Shown here: positions 63,590-64,000 of the stretch, one piece after another | Position numbering within the stretch: the stretch's first letter is position 1 | How the letters are laid out: each line of letters begins with the position of its first letter | Assembly: GCF_036321535.1 (NCBI RefSeq) | Contig: NC_087437.1 | Coordinates: forward strand, 110,486,001 to 110,550,000 | Reading direction: 5' to 3' | Origin: Camelus dromedarius | Lineage: Eukaryota | Length of the DNA stretch: 64,000 bases | Made by a program: the position numbers and the translations under genes | Notes under the pieces: model-generated | Databases searched by the model: none | Seen by the model: the letters and a program-made list of their open reading frames with translations, nothing else | What the model was told of the DNA's origin: nothing

Positions 63590-63785
63590 ATGGCGAAGCT
63601 CCGTCTGTGGAGTCAGCAGGAGTTAAGTTGGAAATGGAGCTCCATGACTTACCTGGGCATGCTGCTTCCGCTCTTGTGTTTCTGTTTTTGGTTTATAAAA
63701 TGGGGCAAATAATTACCAGATGTTAAATTTAGGATTAAGTGAAACAACGTGTGTAAAAGCGCTTTGCACTGCATCAGGCGTTCAA
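63590..63785 (+). mobile_element. MIR
   Basis: TATAAAATGGGGCAAATAAT...AGGATTAAGTGAAACAACGTGTGTAAAAGCGCTT. Confidence 0.6.
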
Positions 63786-64000
63786 CGGGGTTTTAGTCTT
63801 TTCTCTCTTCCTTGCCCCTTAAAAATACCACAGAGTTTCAAAGGAAAATGTGGATTTTAAAGTGAATTGCTCTGTTATTAGTTAAGCTGGTTTAGGTCTC
63901 AATTTTCAGGGGCAGTTGAAAGAACTTTGTTTTTATTTCACGTAACAAGCAAATAGTGCTACTTTACGCCAGGCACAGTGCAAGGGGCCGCTGGGCATGG

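Overview
Mammalian non-coding DNA, AT-rich and CpG-depleted. It is most likely camelid (camel/alpaca), because three tRNA-Ala(AGC)-derived SINEs resemble the camelid Vic-1 family and I saw no ruminant Bov-tA/BovB, pig PRE-1 or primate Alu elements. I cannot support any host protein-coding gene, true tRNA/rRNA gene or CRISPR array. The ORFs in the track are short chance ORFs, decayed LINE-1 ORF2 pieces or microsatellite artefacts. The window is a dense layer of transposon fossils: about a dozen LINE-1 fragments (several with readable target-site duplications, TSDs), ERV1/ERV2/ERVL and MaLR LTRs, hAT MER elements, MIR/L2 relics and microsatellites. The most notable observations are: (i) a ~100-bp polyadenylated, TSD-flanked L1-made retrocopy of what looks like an ERV transcript 3' end (24277-24379); (ii) a well-preserved solo LTR with a 6-bp TSD and NRF1-like repeats nested in a MER34-like LTR (9633-10073); (iii) a probable ancient CR1/L3 reverse-transcriptase fossil readable only across frameshifts (~11220-11600); (iv) two MER41-like LTRs with remodelled motif content; (v) a + strand bias of L1/ERV insertions hinting at a long intron of a minus-strand gene. 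I found no convincing novel multi-gene system. Repeat family names are recalled from consensus sequences, not from a database search, and boundaries without a TSD are approximate.
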